Source: Methanothermobacter sp. MT-2 (GTDB taxonomy: Archaea; Methanobacteriota; Methanobacteria; Methanobacteriales; DSM-23052). Taken from it: a stretch of 32,000 nt of DNA. The stretch covers positions 760,603-792,602 of the forward strand of contig AP017647.1 in the NCBI GenBank assembly GCA_003584625.1, read 5' to 3'. The translations under genes were made by a program, and so were the position numbers. The notes below the pieces were generated by a model. That model made no database searches. It had not been told where the DNA came from and was given only the letters and a program-made list of their open reading frames with translations. Of this stretch, positions 15,555-25,150 are shown one piece after another. Positions within the stretch are counted from its first letter, which is position 1, and every line of letters starts with the position of its first letter.

Positions 15555-16998
15555 ATCTGTAGCCTCCTTCCCCTATTATTAGGAGCGTGTCATTTTTATC
15601 GGCGTGTTCTAGGCCTTTTTGGATGGCTTCTTTCACTTGTTTTTGGCTGGCTCCTAGGGTTCCTTGTTTTATTTTTTCTTTGCTTGATTTTATATGTATG
15701 GTTTCTGATTTTATATGTTTTGATGCTTTTCTTGCCTGGTATGATGCTGGTATTATGAGGTCTGCGTTTGAGAGTATCTCTGCTATTTCCTTGTCGCCTT
15801 CCATCCCGCTTTCGGATGATATGGTGTTTATTATGATGATTTTGCCCTTTGTATCTTTTTTCACGAGTTGTAGTATTGCTTTGACACCAGCAGGGTTGTG
15901 GGCATAATCTATGATTATCCTTGGTTTTTCTTTTATTATCTCATATCTTCCTTCAGTGCCTTGGAATGATTCTATGCCTTTTATGATATGTTCTGGTTTT
16001 ATGCCTAGTATCGTGGCTGCGCTTGCTGCTGCAAGACTATTATATACATTGAATAGGCCTTTGATTTTGGGGTTTATTTTAGCTTTTTTTGATCCTATTT
16101 TTATTGTGTAGCTGTTTTCTTTAACATGGATGGCTTTGATGTCTGGTTTTGGTCTTTTGTATCCGCATGTGCAATGGTAGTCTCCAAGGTGTCCGAGGAA
16201 CCTTTTCTTGTATTTTAATGGTCTGTTGCAGTATGGACATTCTCTTTCCTCTGGGAAAATTTCGAAGTTGGATTCTAGGGTTTCTATGCCATAGAATGTT
16301 ATTTTTTCCCTTGGCAGGTTTTCTGCGAAACTTGCGACTATGGGGTCGTCTGCATTTAATATGATATGCTGGGCAACATCTAGGATTTCCTTTTTGCATT
16401 CTATGTAGTTTGGGAATTCTCTTGGTGGCAGATGATCCCTTGAAATGTTCGTTATAATGGCTATTTTAACTTCACTGTCTTCCGCAGCCCTTTTTATCTC
16501 CCCGGGTCTTCCGAAGGTTCCTATTTCAACTACTGCTATGTCCCCTTCTAATCTGGCTTGTAGGGCTGGTATAAATTCTGTGTTTCCTTGGATGTTAAGA
16601 TAATGTTCAGGGACCTTGTATCCTGCAACCTTTAGGATGTTTTTTAGGATGTTTGTTGTTGTGGTTTTGCCATTGGTTCCTGTGACACCTACAACAGGCT
16701 TCCCAACCCTAAAAGATGCTAAGATATCTTCAACTGTTATGATCTTCTTGCCTTTTATAAGCTTTAAGATTTCCTCATTTTCTAGTAGGCTTGGTGCTAC
16801 TGCTATGCTGTCAGCTTCTCTTATTAGCTTGAAATTATGGCTTCCAAGGTCTAGTTTAATGTTCTCGGCCTCAAAAACCTTACTTAGGGGTGTTTCATTA
16901 CAAGTGTCCGATATTGTTACTTTGGCTTTTTTTGCAAGTATTCTGGCCATTAGGCTTCCTACTGTCCCGCATCCGCCAAGAACAACTATGTTCTCCAT
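15532..16998 (-). CDS. Mur ligase family protein (pseudomurein peptide ligase candidate) with a Cys4 zinc-ribbon insert
   Basis: MurD-like Rossmann N-terminus (VVLGGCGTVGS), P-loop GVTGTNGKTTT, and a Mur central/C-terminal organisation (DYAHNP). The insert CPYC...CTC lies at nt 16165-16239. Confidence 0.88.
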   Translation of the reverse strand: MENIVVLGGCGTVGSLMARILAKKAKVTISDTCNETPLSKVFEAENIKLDLGSHNFKLIREADSIAVAPSLLENEEILKLIKGKKIITVEDILASFRVGKPVVGVTGTNGKTTTTNILKNILKVAGYKVPEHYLNIQGNTEFIPALQARLEGDIAVVEIGTFGRPGEIKRAAEDSEVKIAIITNISRDHLPPREFPNYIECKKEILDVAQHIILNADDPIVASFAENLPREKITFYGIETLESNFEIFPEERECPYCNRPLKYKKRFLGHLGDYHCTCGYKRPKPDIKAIHVKENSYTIKIGSKKAKINPKIKGLFNVYNSLAAASAATILGIKPEHIIKGIESFQGTEGRYEIIKEKPRIIIDYAHNPAGVKAILQLVKKDTKGKIIIINTISSESGMEGDKEIAEILSNADLIIPASYQARKASKHIKSETIHIKSSKEKIKQGTLGASQKQVKEAIQKGLEHADKNDTLLIIGEGGYRYAKKIFT

Positions 16999-18542
16999 TC
17001 TAGCTTCTCCTTGTATTCTTTTATCGCTTTTTTCATGTCTTTTTTAACGTTTTTGTAGGCGTTAACGACACCTGGTCCCATGTGTATTATCATGTCTCCT
17101 TTTTTTGCATTATACAAGCCTGTTTTGATGGATTCATATACGCTGCCAGTTATTATGGTTTCTGTGCTTTCAGCCCCTTTTGCAACTTCCTCTGCCGCTT
17201 TCCAGTCTATTTCTTCTATTGTTTCGTTTTTCGCGCTTACAATGAGCAGATCAGCCACCTTTGCAAGTGTCCTTCCAATCTTGAATTTGTCACGGACTGT
17301 TAGGGTGTCCGGGTTGTCAAGGCTTATTATAAGCCTCCCATTAAATTCAAGACCCTCAAAAAGTTTTTCCATGCTCTCTGGGTTGTGGGCGGCGTCCATG
17401 TAAACTTTAACCCCATCTATCTCATCTATAACCTCGAAACGCCCCCTTATACCCCTAAATTCACCTATCCGCCCCCTTAGATAATCCATGTCAAAACCTA
17501 ATATGAGTCCTGTTGTAATCGCTGCAAGGGCATTTTCAACATTAAATATACCAGGGACATTGAGCCTGATCTTACTAGTGAATGGTCCTATGCATCTTCG
17601 TTTAAAGTCTTTGCATGTGCATCCTAGACTTCCACAATTTTCACAGACCAGCGTGGGTATACTCCCAACCTTCAAGGTGAACTCTGACCCACTAAGACCA
17701 TCCAATCTAATATTTTCAGCTCTAACATCAACTTTCAAAGATCTTGTAGTATATTTTTTCCCCTGGAATTCTATTTCTCTCCCCTTACCTAAACTGTAGA
17801 TGATGTGAGTCGATTCAAGCCCATCTAAAAGATTGTTTATTATAGGATCATCACCATTAACTATAAGTATCCCCTTTTCATTGATAAGATCCTTAATCAA
17901 AAAGTTGCGTTGTATATAATCATCATAGTCTTTGAATTCGTCAAGATGATCCGGGGTTAAAGTTGTTATGACACCAGCACATAATTCAAGGCCTTGCGTC
18001 ATCCTTATGGTTCCATGTGGCAGTTCAAAGACTGCGAACTCACCACCCTCTATCCTATTCTCTATTAGCAAGTCTACTAAACCTTCAATTACAAGAGAAT
18101 CCTGTAATGAGGAGAACGAAATCGTTGGATGCCTTCCCTCTATGATATGCTTTATCATATTTGTAGTTGTTGTTTTACCATCGGTACCCGCCACCCCAAC
18201 CATCGGAATCTTAATGAAAGAGTTTAGCATCCTCCCAATCATTGAAGGTGTTATAAAATCCTTTTTACCTGCTTTCTCTATTAACTTGTATATTATTGAA
18301 TCTCTTGGGACGTTTGGCGATACAAAAATAGAATCTGCCCAGATCACATCCTCTAACTCGTGCCCGCCAAACTTGAATTTCACACCATTCTCTCGCATCT
18401 TTTTTATCCTTTCCCTGGCCTTTAGGGGCAACTCCTGGAAATTTTTGATTTCTGTAACTAGGACTTCGTTGCCAAGATAGTGTAGTAGTTTTGCGGCTGG
18501 TCTTCCCGCGTTCCCTGCTCCAACCACTAGAATCTTCTTCAT
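16986..18542 (-). CDS. Mur ligase family protein (pseudomurein peptide ligase candidate) with a Cys-rich insert
   Basis: KILVVGAGNAGRPAA Rossmann N-terminus, GVAGTDGKTTT P-loop, and DAAHNPES. The insert CENCGSLGCTCKDFKRRC lies at nt 17592-17645. ATG at 18542 forms an ATGA overlap with the upstream ligase stop. Confidence 0.88.
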   Translation of the reverse strand: MKKILVVGAGNAGRPAAKLLHYLGNEVLVTEIKNFQELPLKARERIKKMRENGVKFKFGGHELEDVIWADSIFVSPNVPRDSIIYKLIEKAGKKDFITPSMIGRMLNSFIKIPMVGVAGTDGKTTTTNMIKHIIEGRHPTISFSSLQDSLVIEGLVDLLIENRIEGGEFAVFELPHGTIRMTQGLELCAGVITTLTPDHLDEFKDYDDYIQRNFLIKDLINEKGILIVNGDDPIINNLLDGLESTHIIYSLGKGREIEFQGKKYTTRSLKVDVRAENIRLDGLSGSEFTLKVGSIPTLVCENCGSLGCTCKDFKRRCIGPFTSKIRLNVPGIFNVENALAAITTGLILGFDMDYLRGRIGEFRGIRGRFEVIDEIDGVKVYMDAAHNPESMEKLFEGLEFNGRLIISLDNPDTLTVRDKFKIGRTLAKVADLLIVSAKNETIEEIDWKAAEEVAKGAESTETIITGSVYESIKTGLYNAKKGDMIIHMGPGVVNAYKNVKKDMKKAIKEYKEKLEWRT

Positions 18543-19738
18543 TCTCTCCACCCTTCTATTTTATCCTGAATTTCTATGATCTTATCCTGCCCATTACCAC
18601 CTATAAATATCCTATGATATTCTCCAATAAACCTTTCTAGCAATTTTAGGATCTCATCTGTGTCTTTTGCTATGAGTATCTTTGATGGCAGATTTTTCGC
18701 ATATTCTAGGGCTATATCGGTCGTGTCCTCAAGGCCCGGGAATAGTATGAGGGTCTCTGGGGGTTTTTCGGCTATTTCTTGTATTGTTTCGAATCTCCAT
18801 TTTTCATCTTTTCTTGGCGTGCCCAGGAAGATAATCTCAAAATCAGTTTCTTTTAGTATGCTTTTCATGGCTGAGGGATTATCAGCTTTCCCTATGATTA
18901 TATTAGTATTGTTAAATTTATATTTTTGCACACGTCCCCTTGGGGGTTTGAAATCTTCTAGGGCAGAATCTATTATCTTTTTTGGCGCTCCTAGTATCTT
19001 AGCTGCTTTTGCAGCGGCTCCCGCATTCAATCTGTTGAATTCCCCGAATAATCTTAGTTTGCCATTGTATGACTTGTATAGTATTGTTTTTGGTGTTTTT
19101 AGTTGGAGTGATAGTGGGTCTTTTTGGTTGAGTAGAACCGTTTTATTTTTTATGAATTTTTCAAGGCTTTTTTTATAATTTTTGATGGTTTTGTGGTGGT
19201 TCATGTGGTCTCGGCCTATGTTGGTTAGGATTACTAGGTTTGGTTTGAGGCATTGGTCTGCGAATTCTAGTGTCATGTCGCATATTTCAACGATTATGAT
19301 GTCGTATTTGTTTTCTTTGGCTTGGAGTATGAGTTCTGTGTAACCTTCAAAGCCGCCGCCGGCGTTACCTCCTACTAGTACGCGTTTACCCCATTTTTTG
19401 AGTATTTTTGCCAGCATTAGGGTTGTTGTGGTTTTGCCATTGGTTCCTGTGATGCCTATAGTGTATATTTTTTTGTGGTCTTCTATGATGTTGCAGAGTA
19501 GTTTGTTTTTTACTTTTTCTTTGATTGGTGTGTTGTAGAGGCTTGGGCTTAGCATGACAGCGTCGCATGCTCTTATTTTTCCCATGTCATGGAAGCCCAA
19601 GTCTACTTCAATATTTTCTAGGCCCTCCAAATTTAGGTTGGTGTTGATGTCAGTGGCGTATACTTCGTATCCACGCCTTCTAAGTGATTTAACGGCTTTT
19701 CTGCCTTCTACGCCTAATCCTATCACTGCGAATTTCAT
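18539..19738 (-). CDS. Mur ligase family protein (pseudomurein peptide ligase candidate), shortest paralogue
   Basis: MKFAVIGLGVEGRKA Rossmann N-terminus, GITGTNGKTTT P-loop, and TNIGRDHMNHH. It has no Cys-rich insert and is 399 aa long. Confidence 0.85.
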   Translation of the reverse strand: MKFAVIGLGVEGRKAVKSLRRRGYEVYATDINTNLNLEGLENIEVDLGFHDMGKIRACDAVMLSPSLYNTPIKEKVKNKLLCNIIEDHKKIYTIGITGTNGKTTTTLMLAKILKKWGKRVLVGGNAGGGFEGYTELILQAKENKYDIIIVEICDMTLEFADQCLKPNLVILTNIGRDHMNHHKTIKNYKKSLEKFIKNKTVLLNQKDPLSLQLKTPKTILYKSYNGKLRLFGEFNRLNAGAAAKAAKILGAPKKIIDSALEDFKPPRGRVQKYKFNNTNIIIGKADNPSAMKSILKETDFEIIFLGTPRKDEKWRFETIQEIAEKPPETLILFPGLEDTTDIALEYAKNLPSKILIAKDTDEILKLLERFIGEYHRIFIGGNGQDKIIEIQDKIEGWRE

Positions 19739-19781
19739 AATGGGACACCAGAATAAGGGTTACAATCAAGAAGATTTTTTT

Positions 19782-22295
19782 TTATCCTGTTTGGATTGTT
19801 GAGATTCCGCCATTTTTTTCTACTGTGAATGTGTGGTCTGCGAGGTTTTCTAGTTCTTCTTCATGGGATACTATTATTATCTGTGAGCATTCTAATTCAT
19901 CTAATATTTCTCTGAATTTTAGGAGTTGTTCTTTGCTAAATCCGTCTGTTGGCTCGTCTAGTATGAGTATGTCTGATTTTATTGAGGAGTGTCTTTGAAT
20001 GATGGTGTTTAGTGCTAGTCTGTATGCTAGTGCTACGCTTGTTTTTTCTCCTCCACTGAGGTGCTCTATGTCTTGTTCGTAGCCTCCCTGTTCTATGATG
20101 GGTGTGAAGTTTTCGTCTATTCTCACTGTTTTTTCATTGTCTTCTACGAGTTTTTGGAACCAGCGTTGGAAGTGGCTGTTGAATTCCTGGTTCATTTGTA
20201 GCATTACATGGGTTTCGATATCATATAGTGTTGGTATGAAGTATTCTTTGAGCCATTTAACATACTCTTTTAGTCTTTTTATGGATCTTTTTATCTTTTC
20301 TTTTTCTTTTATCTGTTCTTCCAATTCTCTGATTTCTTTTTTTATCCGTTTGAGCGCTCCAAGGTTTCTTTGGCGTTCATTTTCACATTCTCTTATCCTT
20401 TCCATGATTTGGTCTAGTTTGTTCTGGGTTTGGTCTCTTTTTTCTTTTATTTTATCTTTTTTCTCTAGTATTTTGTCTAGTTTTTTGATTTTTTCCTTTG
20501 CGGATTCTATTTGGTTTGTTTTTTCCTTTATGATTTTTTTGTTTTCCTGGTATTCCATGTTTTGGGTTGGTTTTAGTTTCCTGATCATTTCTTGATGTGA
20601 TCTTATGGAGGCTTTTATGTTGGCTATTTCCTCTTTCAATCTATCTCTCTTACCCTCTAATCCACCCTCTTCGGTTTTAAGCCGTTCCATCTCATCCTGT
20701 ATGCCTGATTTCGCTCTTATGCTCTCTTCTAGGCTTTTTATCATCCTTTTTATATTTTTTGTTTTTTCTTGGATTTTTTCTATCGCTTTATTATTTTTTT
20801 GGCAGGTTTGTTCCTTGTCTTCTAGTTTTTCTTTGAGGTTTTCTAGTTCCCTTTTGGCGTTTTCGTATTCTCTTATTTCTTCTTTGAGCTTCTTTTTTTC
20901 TTTTATTTTTCTCTCGTATTCTTTTTTTGTCTTTTCAAGTTCTTTTTTCTGCTCTTGTTTTTCTTTGAGTTTCTTTTTGATCTTGGATGGGTTGACTGGG
21001 GCTCCGCATGTTGGACAAGTTTTTTCTTCTTTTATTGAGGAGTAGTCATTTATCTTAGCGTTGATTTCCCCTATTTTTTTCTCTGTTATCCCTATTTTTT
21101 CCCTGTATTTTTCTATGATTTCTTCGACTTCTGTTAGGCTTTGAGCGGATGGTTTTTTAATCCTTTCCAGGCTTTTGATTTTTTTGGTGATCGTGGATTG
21201 TTCCTTTTTGATTCTTTCGTTGTCTTTTTGGATTTCTTGGAGTCTTTCTAGGTGCTCTTGCTTTTGTTTTTTCAGGTTGTCTAATTGGTTTTTGCCTAGT
21301 AGTATGCTCTCATAGTCTTCTTGTATGTTCTCTATTCCCCTTTTTATAATTTCTAGGGATTCTTCTACCCTTTTTAGTCTCTTTTCTTGTTTTGATTTTT
21401 CTTTTTCCTTTTCCTCTTTTTCTAGAATGTGTCTTCTGTATTCTTCCTCTATCCTCTCATTTTTCTTCTTGGCTTCTTCTATCTGCTCCCCTATAATATC
21501 AATTTTCTCTATCAGACTTTTTTTCTTGTTTTCAGCATATTTGACCTTTTCATATTTCATTTCTAGCTCTTTGAGGTTGTATTCTACAAGTTTTCTCTTC
21601 TCTTCTAGTTTTTCCTTCTCATCTTCTATTTTTCCGATTAAAAGCTCATACCTTTGCATTTCATCTTCACTGTCATCTTTCTTATCCTTTAATTTTTGCA
21701 GGTCGTGTATTCTCTCCTTGAGTTCATCAGCCCTTTTTACAATCCTAGCCGCCACCATACTAGCGTTATTTATGGCTATCTTATAACCTTCCAATTTTAG
21801 AGCCTTTCTAATAGTTTTAAGCCGATCTTCAGGGTTCATGTTTATTATATTTTTCATCTCCTCTTGTGGGGTGAAAACAGCATACCTGTAAATGCGGCTT
21901 TTTGCACGCGGATTCAAAGGCTCATTATACTCTAATTTCTTAAGTATCTCATCCTTCATCTCTGTTGGTCTCAAGTTCATCCTACCATTCTCTGTCTCAA
22001 TATAACATTCATCCTGGCTTATACTCCCATCAGTCCTTCTAAGACTCCTATAACTAGTGTAGGTTTCACCATCCACTTGGAATGTTAAGGACACATAACC
22101 CCTATTCGAACCCAGACGGAGCAGACCAGCCCCTCGTTGACCGCCAAGACCAAAAAGGGCGAACTCAACCGCTAAGAGTAGTGTTGTCTTACCAGAGCCG
22201 ATATCACCCTTAATAAATGTGACACCAGTAGAAAAGTCTATCCTCGCCTCCCTATAACTTCGAATATTTTTAAGTTCCAAAGATTTGATGATCAT
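19782..22295 (-). CDS. rad50: DNA double-strand break repair ATPase Rad50
   Basis: Walker A GDIGSGKTTLL, a long K/E-rich coiled coil with the zinc hook CPTCG, signature LSGGEKTSVALAYRLAL, and Walker B ILILDEPTDG. It overlaps the mre11 stop by 4 nt. Confidence 0.95.
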   Translation of the reverse strand: MIIKSLELKNIRSYREARIDFSTGVTFIKGDIGSGKTTLLLAVEFALFGLGGQRGAGLLRLGSNRGYVSLTFQVDGETYTSYRSLRRTDGSISQDECYIETENGRMNLRPTEMKDEILKKLEYNEPLNPRAKSRIYRYAVFTPQEEMKNIINMNPEDRLKTIRKALKLEGYKIAINNASMVAARIVKRADELKERIHDLQKLKDKKDDSEDEMQRYELLIGKIEDEKEKLEEKRKLVEYNLKELEMKYEKVKYAENKKKSLIEKIDIIGEQIEEAKKKNERIEEEYRRHILEKEEKEKEKSKQEKRLKRVEESLEIIKRGIENIQEDYESILLGKNQLDNLKKQKQEHLERLQEIQKDNERIKKEQSTITKKIKSLERIKKPSAQSLTEVEEIIEKYREKIGITEKKIGEINAKINDYSSIKEEKTCPTCGAPVNPSKIKKKLKEKQEQKKELEKTKKEYERKIKEKKKLKEEIREYENAKRELENLKEKLEDKEQTCQKNNKAIEKIQEKTKNIKRMIKSLEESIRAKSGIQDEMERLKTEEGGLEGKRDRLKEEIANIKASIRSHQEMIRKLKPTQNMEYQENKKIIKEKTNQIESAKEKIKKLDKILEKKDKIKEKRDQTQNKLDQIMERIRECENERQRNLGALKRIKKEIRELEEQIKEKEKIKRSIKRLKEYVKWLKEYFIPTLYDIETHVMLQMNQEFNSHFQRWFQKLVEDNEKTVRIDENFTPIIEQGGYEQDIEHLSGGEKTSVALAYRLALNTIIQRHSSIKSDILILDEPTDGFSKEQLLKFREILDELECSQIIIVSHEEELENLADHTFTVEKNGGISTIQTG

Positions 22296-23545
22296 AAAAG
22301 ATCACCTAGGGACTTATCAAGTGACAATACACGAAGAGCATCACGAAACATCCCATCCTCATAATCTATTCTGCGCTCATTAGGTTCCTTATCCCGCTTC
22401 AAAACATCCAAAAGTTCCTTGGCAACATCAACATCACACTCTCTGAGAACATCCAAGTTTTCCCTGTTCTCCTTGAAAAGACTCTCTTCAATCTTTGAAG
22501 CATCCTGATCAAACCTAACCCTTATCCGACGTCTTTCACGGCGCTTGAGGCCATGCCGGTTTATGTTAACATGTAAAGCTCCCATCTCCATGAGCAGATT
22601 CCTTATCCTTAAAGGGTCTATATCGGCTGTTTTACCTGATGAAAGCTCCCCCAAAATCTTCACCATAACGAGTTTATCCTCAACATCATAAACTTGTAGC
22701 TTGGAAATTATATCATCCATAGCCTCCTGGGAACCTTTACCTGTAACATCATATTCAAAATAGGCATATTTAACAAAATCCAATGGCATAAAATTCGTAC
22801 TCTGGATAGTATCATCAAATTCTATAATATAAAATCCCCGCTGTTTGCCATTGGCATTTGCTTCAAGATCAGTTGCATATGATCCAAACAATGGCCCAGG
22901 ATAGACTATCAGACCATAATCTTCTTCATATTTTTCTATCCTCTCATGTAGGTGACCCCCTGCATAATAATCAAAGCCTTGGGGGAAAAGGTTTAATGGG
23001 ATGGATTCCACCTCTGAAAGATGTGCTGGTTTAAATTCTGTTATGGCACTATGAAAAAGGAATATCTTAAACCCTTCCTCGGCTTCTAATGGGCCCCTGT
23101 CAAGGTATCTGAACTGTTCTATTTCCATGCTCATTCTACGGGCTGATATACCTGTAAGTTTCGCCCCGGTCACCGGGTCTGCGGTAAAATCAAGAGTATA
23201 CCCTTTTTCTTCTCGGCGGATCTTGTCCACCCTTTTTAGTAAACCCGCGCTTTCAAACACGTCGATCATTGATGTTCTGGTTGGACTGTAATCATGACTC
23301 CCATAACATACATATACTGGTATTTTAGCCTCTTTGAGACCTTTTAATATTTTAGCGACTTCCTTGACAACTTCCATATTGGGTATGTTAGAATGGAATA
23401 GATCCCCTGATATTAGGATAAAATCAACCTTTGAATCGATGGACCTCTTGATGGCCCTTTCAAAACTTTCAATTTCTAGCCTTTTAAGTTCTGTGTATCT
23501 ATGCGCCCCAAGGTGACAGTCTGCTAAATGAGCGAATCTATACAT
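22292..23545 (-). CDS. mre11: DNA double-strand break repair nuclease Mre11
   Basis: Calcineurin-like phosphoesterase motifs FAHLADCHLG, GDLFH, GSHD and GGHLH. ATG at 23545 lies 6 nt after GAGGTG. Confidence 0.93.
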   Translation of the reverse strand: MYRFAHLADCHLGAHRYTELKRLEIESFERAIKRSIDSKVDFILISGDLFHSNIPNMEVVKEVAKILKGLKEAKIPVYVCYGSHDYSPTRTSMIDVFESAGLLKRVDKIRREEKGYTLDFTADPVTGAKLTGISARRMSMEIEQFRYLDRGPLEAEEGFKIFLFHSAITEFKPAHLSEVESIPLNLFPQGFDYYAGGHLHERIEKYEEDYGLIVYPGPLFGSYATDLEANANGKQRGFYIIEFDDTIQSTNFMPLDFVKYAYFEYDVTGKGSQEAMDDIISKLQVYDVEDKLVMVKILGELSSGKTADIDPLRIRNLLMEMGALHVNINRHGLKRRERRRIRVRFDQDASKIEESLFKENRENLDVLRECDVDVAKELLDVLKRDKEPNERRIDYEDGMFRDALRVLSLDKSLGDLL

Positions 23546-23557
23546 AATCTGCACCTC

Positions 23558-25129
23558 TTATAGGTCCTCTGGAGATAGGAGTGGAGGTTTCTTCTTCGTT
23601 TCGCTTATTTTGTCTTTGACATGTTCTTCGAAGAGCGGTATTTTGACGGGTACTGCGAATTTTGTGAATATGCTAGTCACTATAGCCTCTCCCCTGTCAA
23701 GACTTGCTATTGCCCGGTTATCATCTGATAAGTCTTGTGATGCGCTTGCTATGATCTCGGCCCTTTCCTGTGACATCTCATTTCCCAGGATTATCTTTGT
23801 GTTCATATTCGCAAGTATTGTCCTGGGGATTAAAGTTACAAGTTGTGTTATGGCCACGAGTCCAATGTTGAATTTCCGGCCTTCTCTTGCTATTGTACTG
23901 TAAATGTTATGGCCTTGTCTTTCTATGACTTCTTTGCCGAGGACTCTTGGGGCTTCTTCGATCACTATACCGATTATGGGTTTCTCTTCTAATTTCCCTT
24001 CTGCTTTGTACTTCTGGTATTTGTTGAATAATGCTCCGACGATTATGCTGCCTACTAGTAATTCTGCTTCGCCCATAAGCCGTGAGGTGTCTATTATAAC
24101 GATTTCACCATTTTCTAGGGATTTTATAATATCTTTGATGGTTGAATCCCCAGCGTCTGTTGTGAACACACCTCCACGAGATTCTAATCGGTCTTCTTCT
24201 TTGTAAATGCCGAGTATGTTATCGAATTTTCTCTGAAGGACGCTGATCGTGCTGGGACTTACCTTTTCCTTGGTTCCTTCCTGGTTCTCGTTTTCTTCTA
24301 TTATAATTTTTTGTATCCAGTTCTCTTCGAACTTGTTATGGTAAAGTTTTATTGCATCCTTTTGTGCGCTTGTAAATTCGACTATACCATCAAAATGTTC
24401 TGGTCTTATGGATTTAAGGTTTATGTTAAGGGAATATGCCATGCCTTCAACCTTTGAAGTCTCAGGAGTATAATATCTAAGTTTTTCTTGGTTTGGATGG
24501 TTCTTTAGTCCTGTTTCGTTTCTGCCATAGTATTCGTCGTGTGGGTCGAGGACTAGCATGCCTATGTTTTCTATGTTCATGATTTCCCAGAGCATGACCT
24601 TGACTAGGTTGCTTTTTCCTCTTCCTGTTGTTGCTGGTATTAGGATATGGTGTGGTATTGCTTCTTTGGCATCAACGTGTATTTTTGTTTTAAGTTCTTT
24701 GGAGCCGCTTCTCACATTACCAAGGTAGAGTGGGTTTTCTATTTTTTCTTTCATTAGGAAGTTGAGGTCGTCGTCTTTTATGCGTCTTATGCGGTTGAAG
24801 AAGCCTGGGAGGGTTTTGGGTAATTGTGGTTCATCGTCTTGTATTTGGAGTATGGTTTTGGCTTCTGCAATTATATAGTTTCTAAGTTTTTCATCTAGGA
24901 ATTCCATGTGTGAGCCGTGACCTTCAAGTTGTAGTCCTGAGGCGAGTTCCCTCATGATCTGGGGTATCTGTGAATGATAAACCAGATCTTTTACTTGTAG
25001 GATGCTGTAGCTGTTATCATCCTCTTCCGCGACTAACAGGTCTCCTAATTCTATTTTTGAACCGCTTTTTTCTCTTATGAAGATCTTTGAGGTTTCTCCT
25101 CCTATGATTTGTCCTATGGGATCCATCAA
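23558..25129 (-). CDS. herA: HerA helicase (FtsK/HerA-superfamily ATPase)
   Basis: Walker [14 protein letters not shown], Walker B region GIVIEEAPR, and an N-terminal HAS-barrel-like region. It sits between nurA and mre11. The RBS is GGGGGG. Confidence 0.92.
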   Translation of the reverse strand: MMDPIGQIIGGETSKIFIREKSGSKIELGDLLVAEEDDNSYSILQVKDLVYHSQIPQIMRELASGLQLEGHGSHMEFLDEKLRNYIIAEAKTILQIQDDEPQLPKTLPGFFNRIRRIKDDDLNFLMKEKIENPLYLGNVRSGSKELKTKIHVDAKEAIPHHILIPATTGRGKSNLVKVMLWEIMNIENIGMLVLDPHDEYYGRNETGLKNHPNQEKLRYYTPETSKVEGMAYSLNINLKSIRPEHFDGIVEFTSAQKDAIKLYHNKFEENWIQKIIIEENENQEGTKEKVSPSTISVLQRKFDNILGIYKEEDRLESRGGVFTTDAGDSTIKDIIKSLENGEIVIIDTSRLMGEAELLVGSIIVGALFNKYQKYKAEGKLEEKPIIGIVIEEAPRVLGKEVIERQGHNIYSTIAREGRKFNIGLVAITQLVTLIPRTILANMNTKIILGNEMSQERAEIIASASQDLSDDNRAIASLDRGEAIVTSIFTKFAVPVKIPLFEEHVKDKISETKKKPPLLSPEDL

Positions 25130-25150
25130 ACCCCCCTATAATGTGTATTT

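Noticed and set aside
20095-21786. Plus-strand S/F/L-rich ORFs antisense to rad50 (20095..20595, 20605..21045, 21325..21786) and similar antisense ORFs in trxB, polX, the Mur ligases and herA.
   Set aside because: They are antisense shadows of K/E-rich coiled-coil or A/C-rich coding sequence, with no motifs, no RBS and low-complexity composition.
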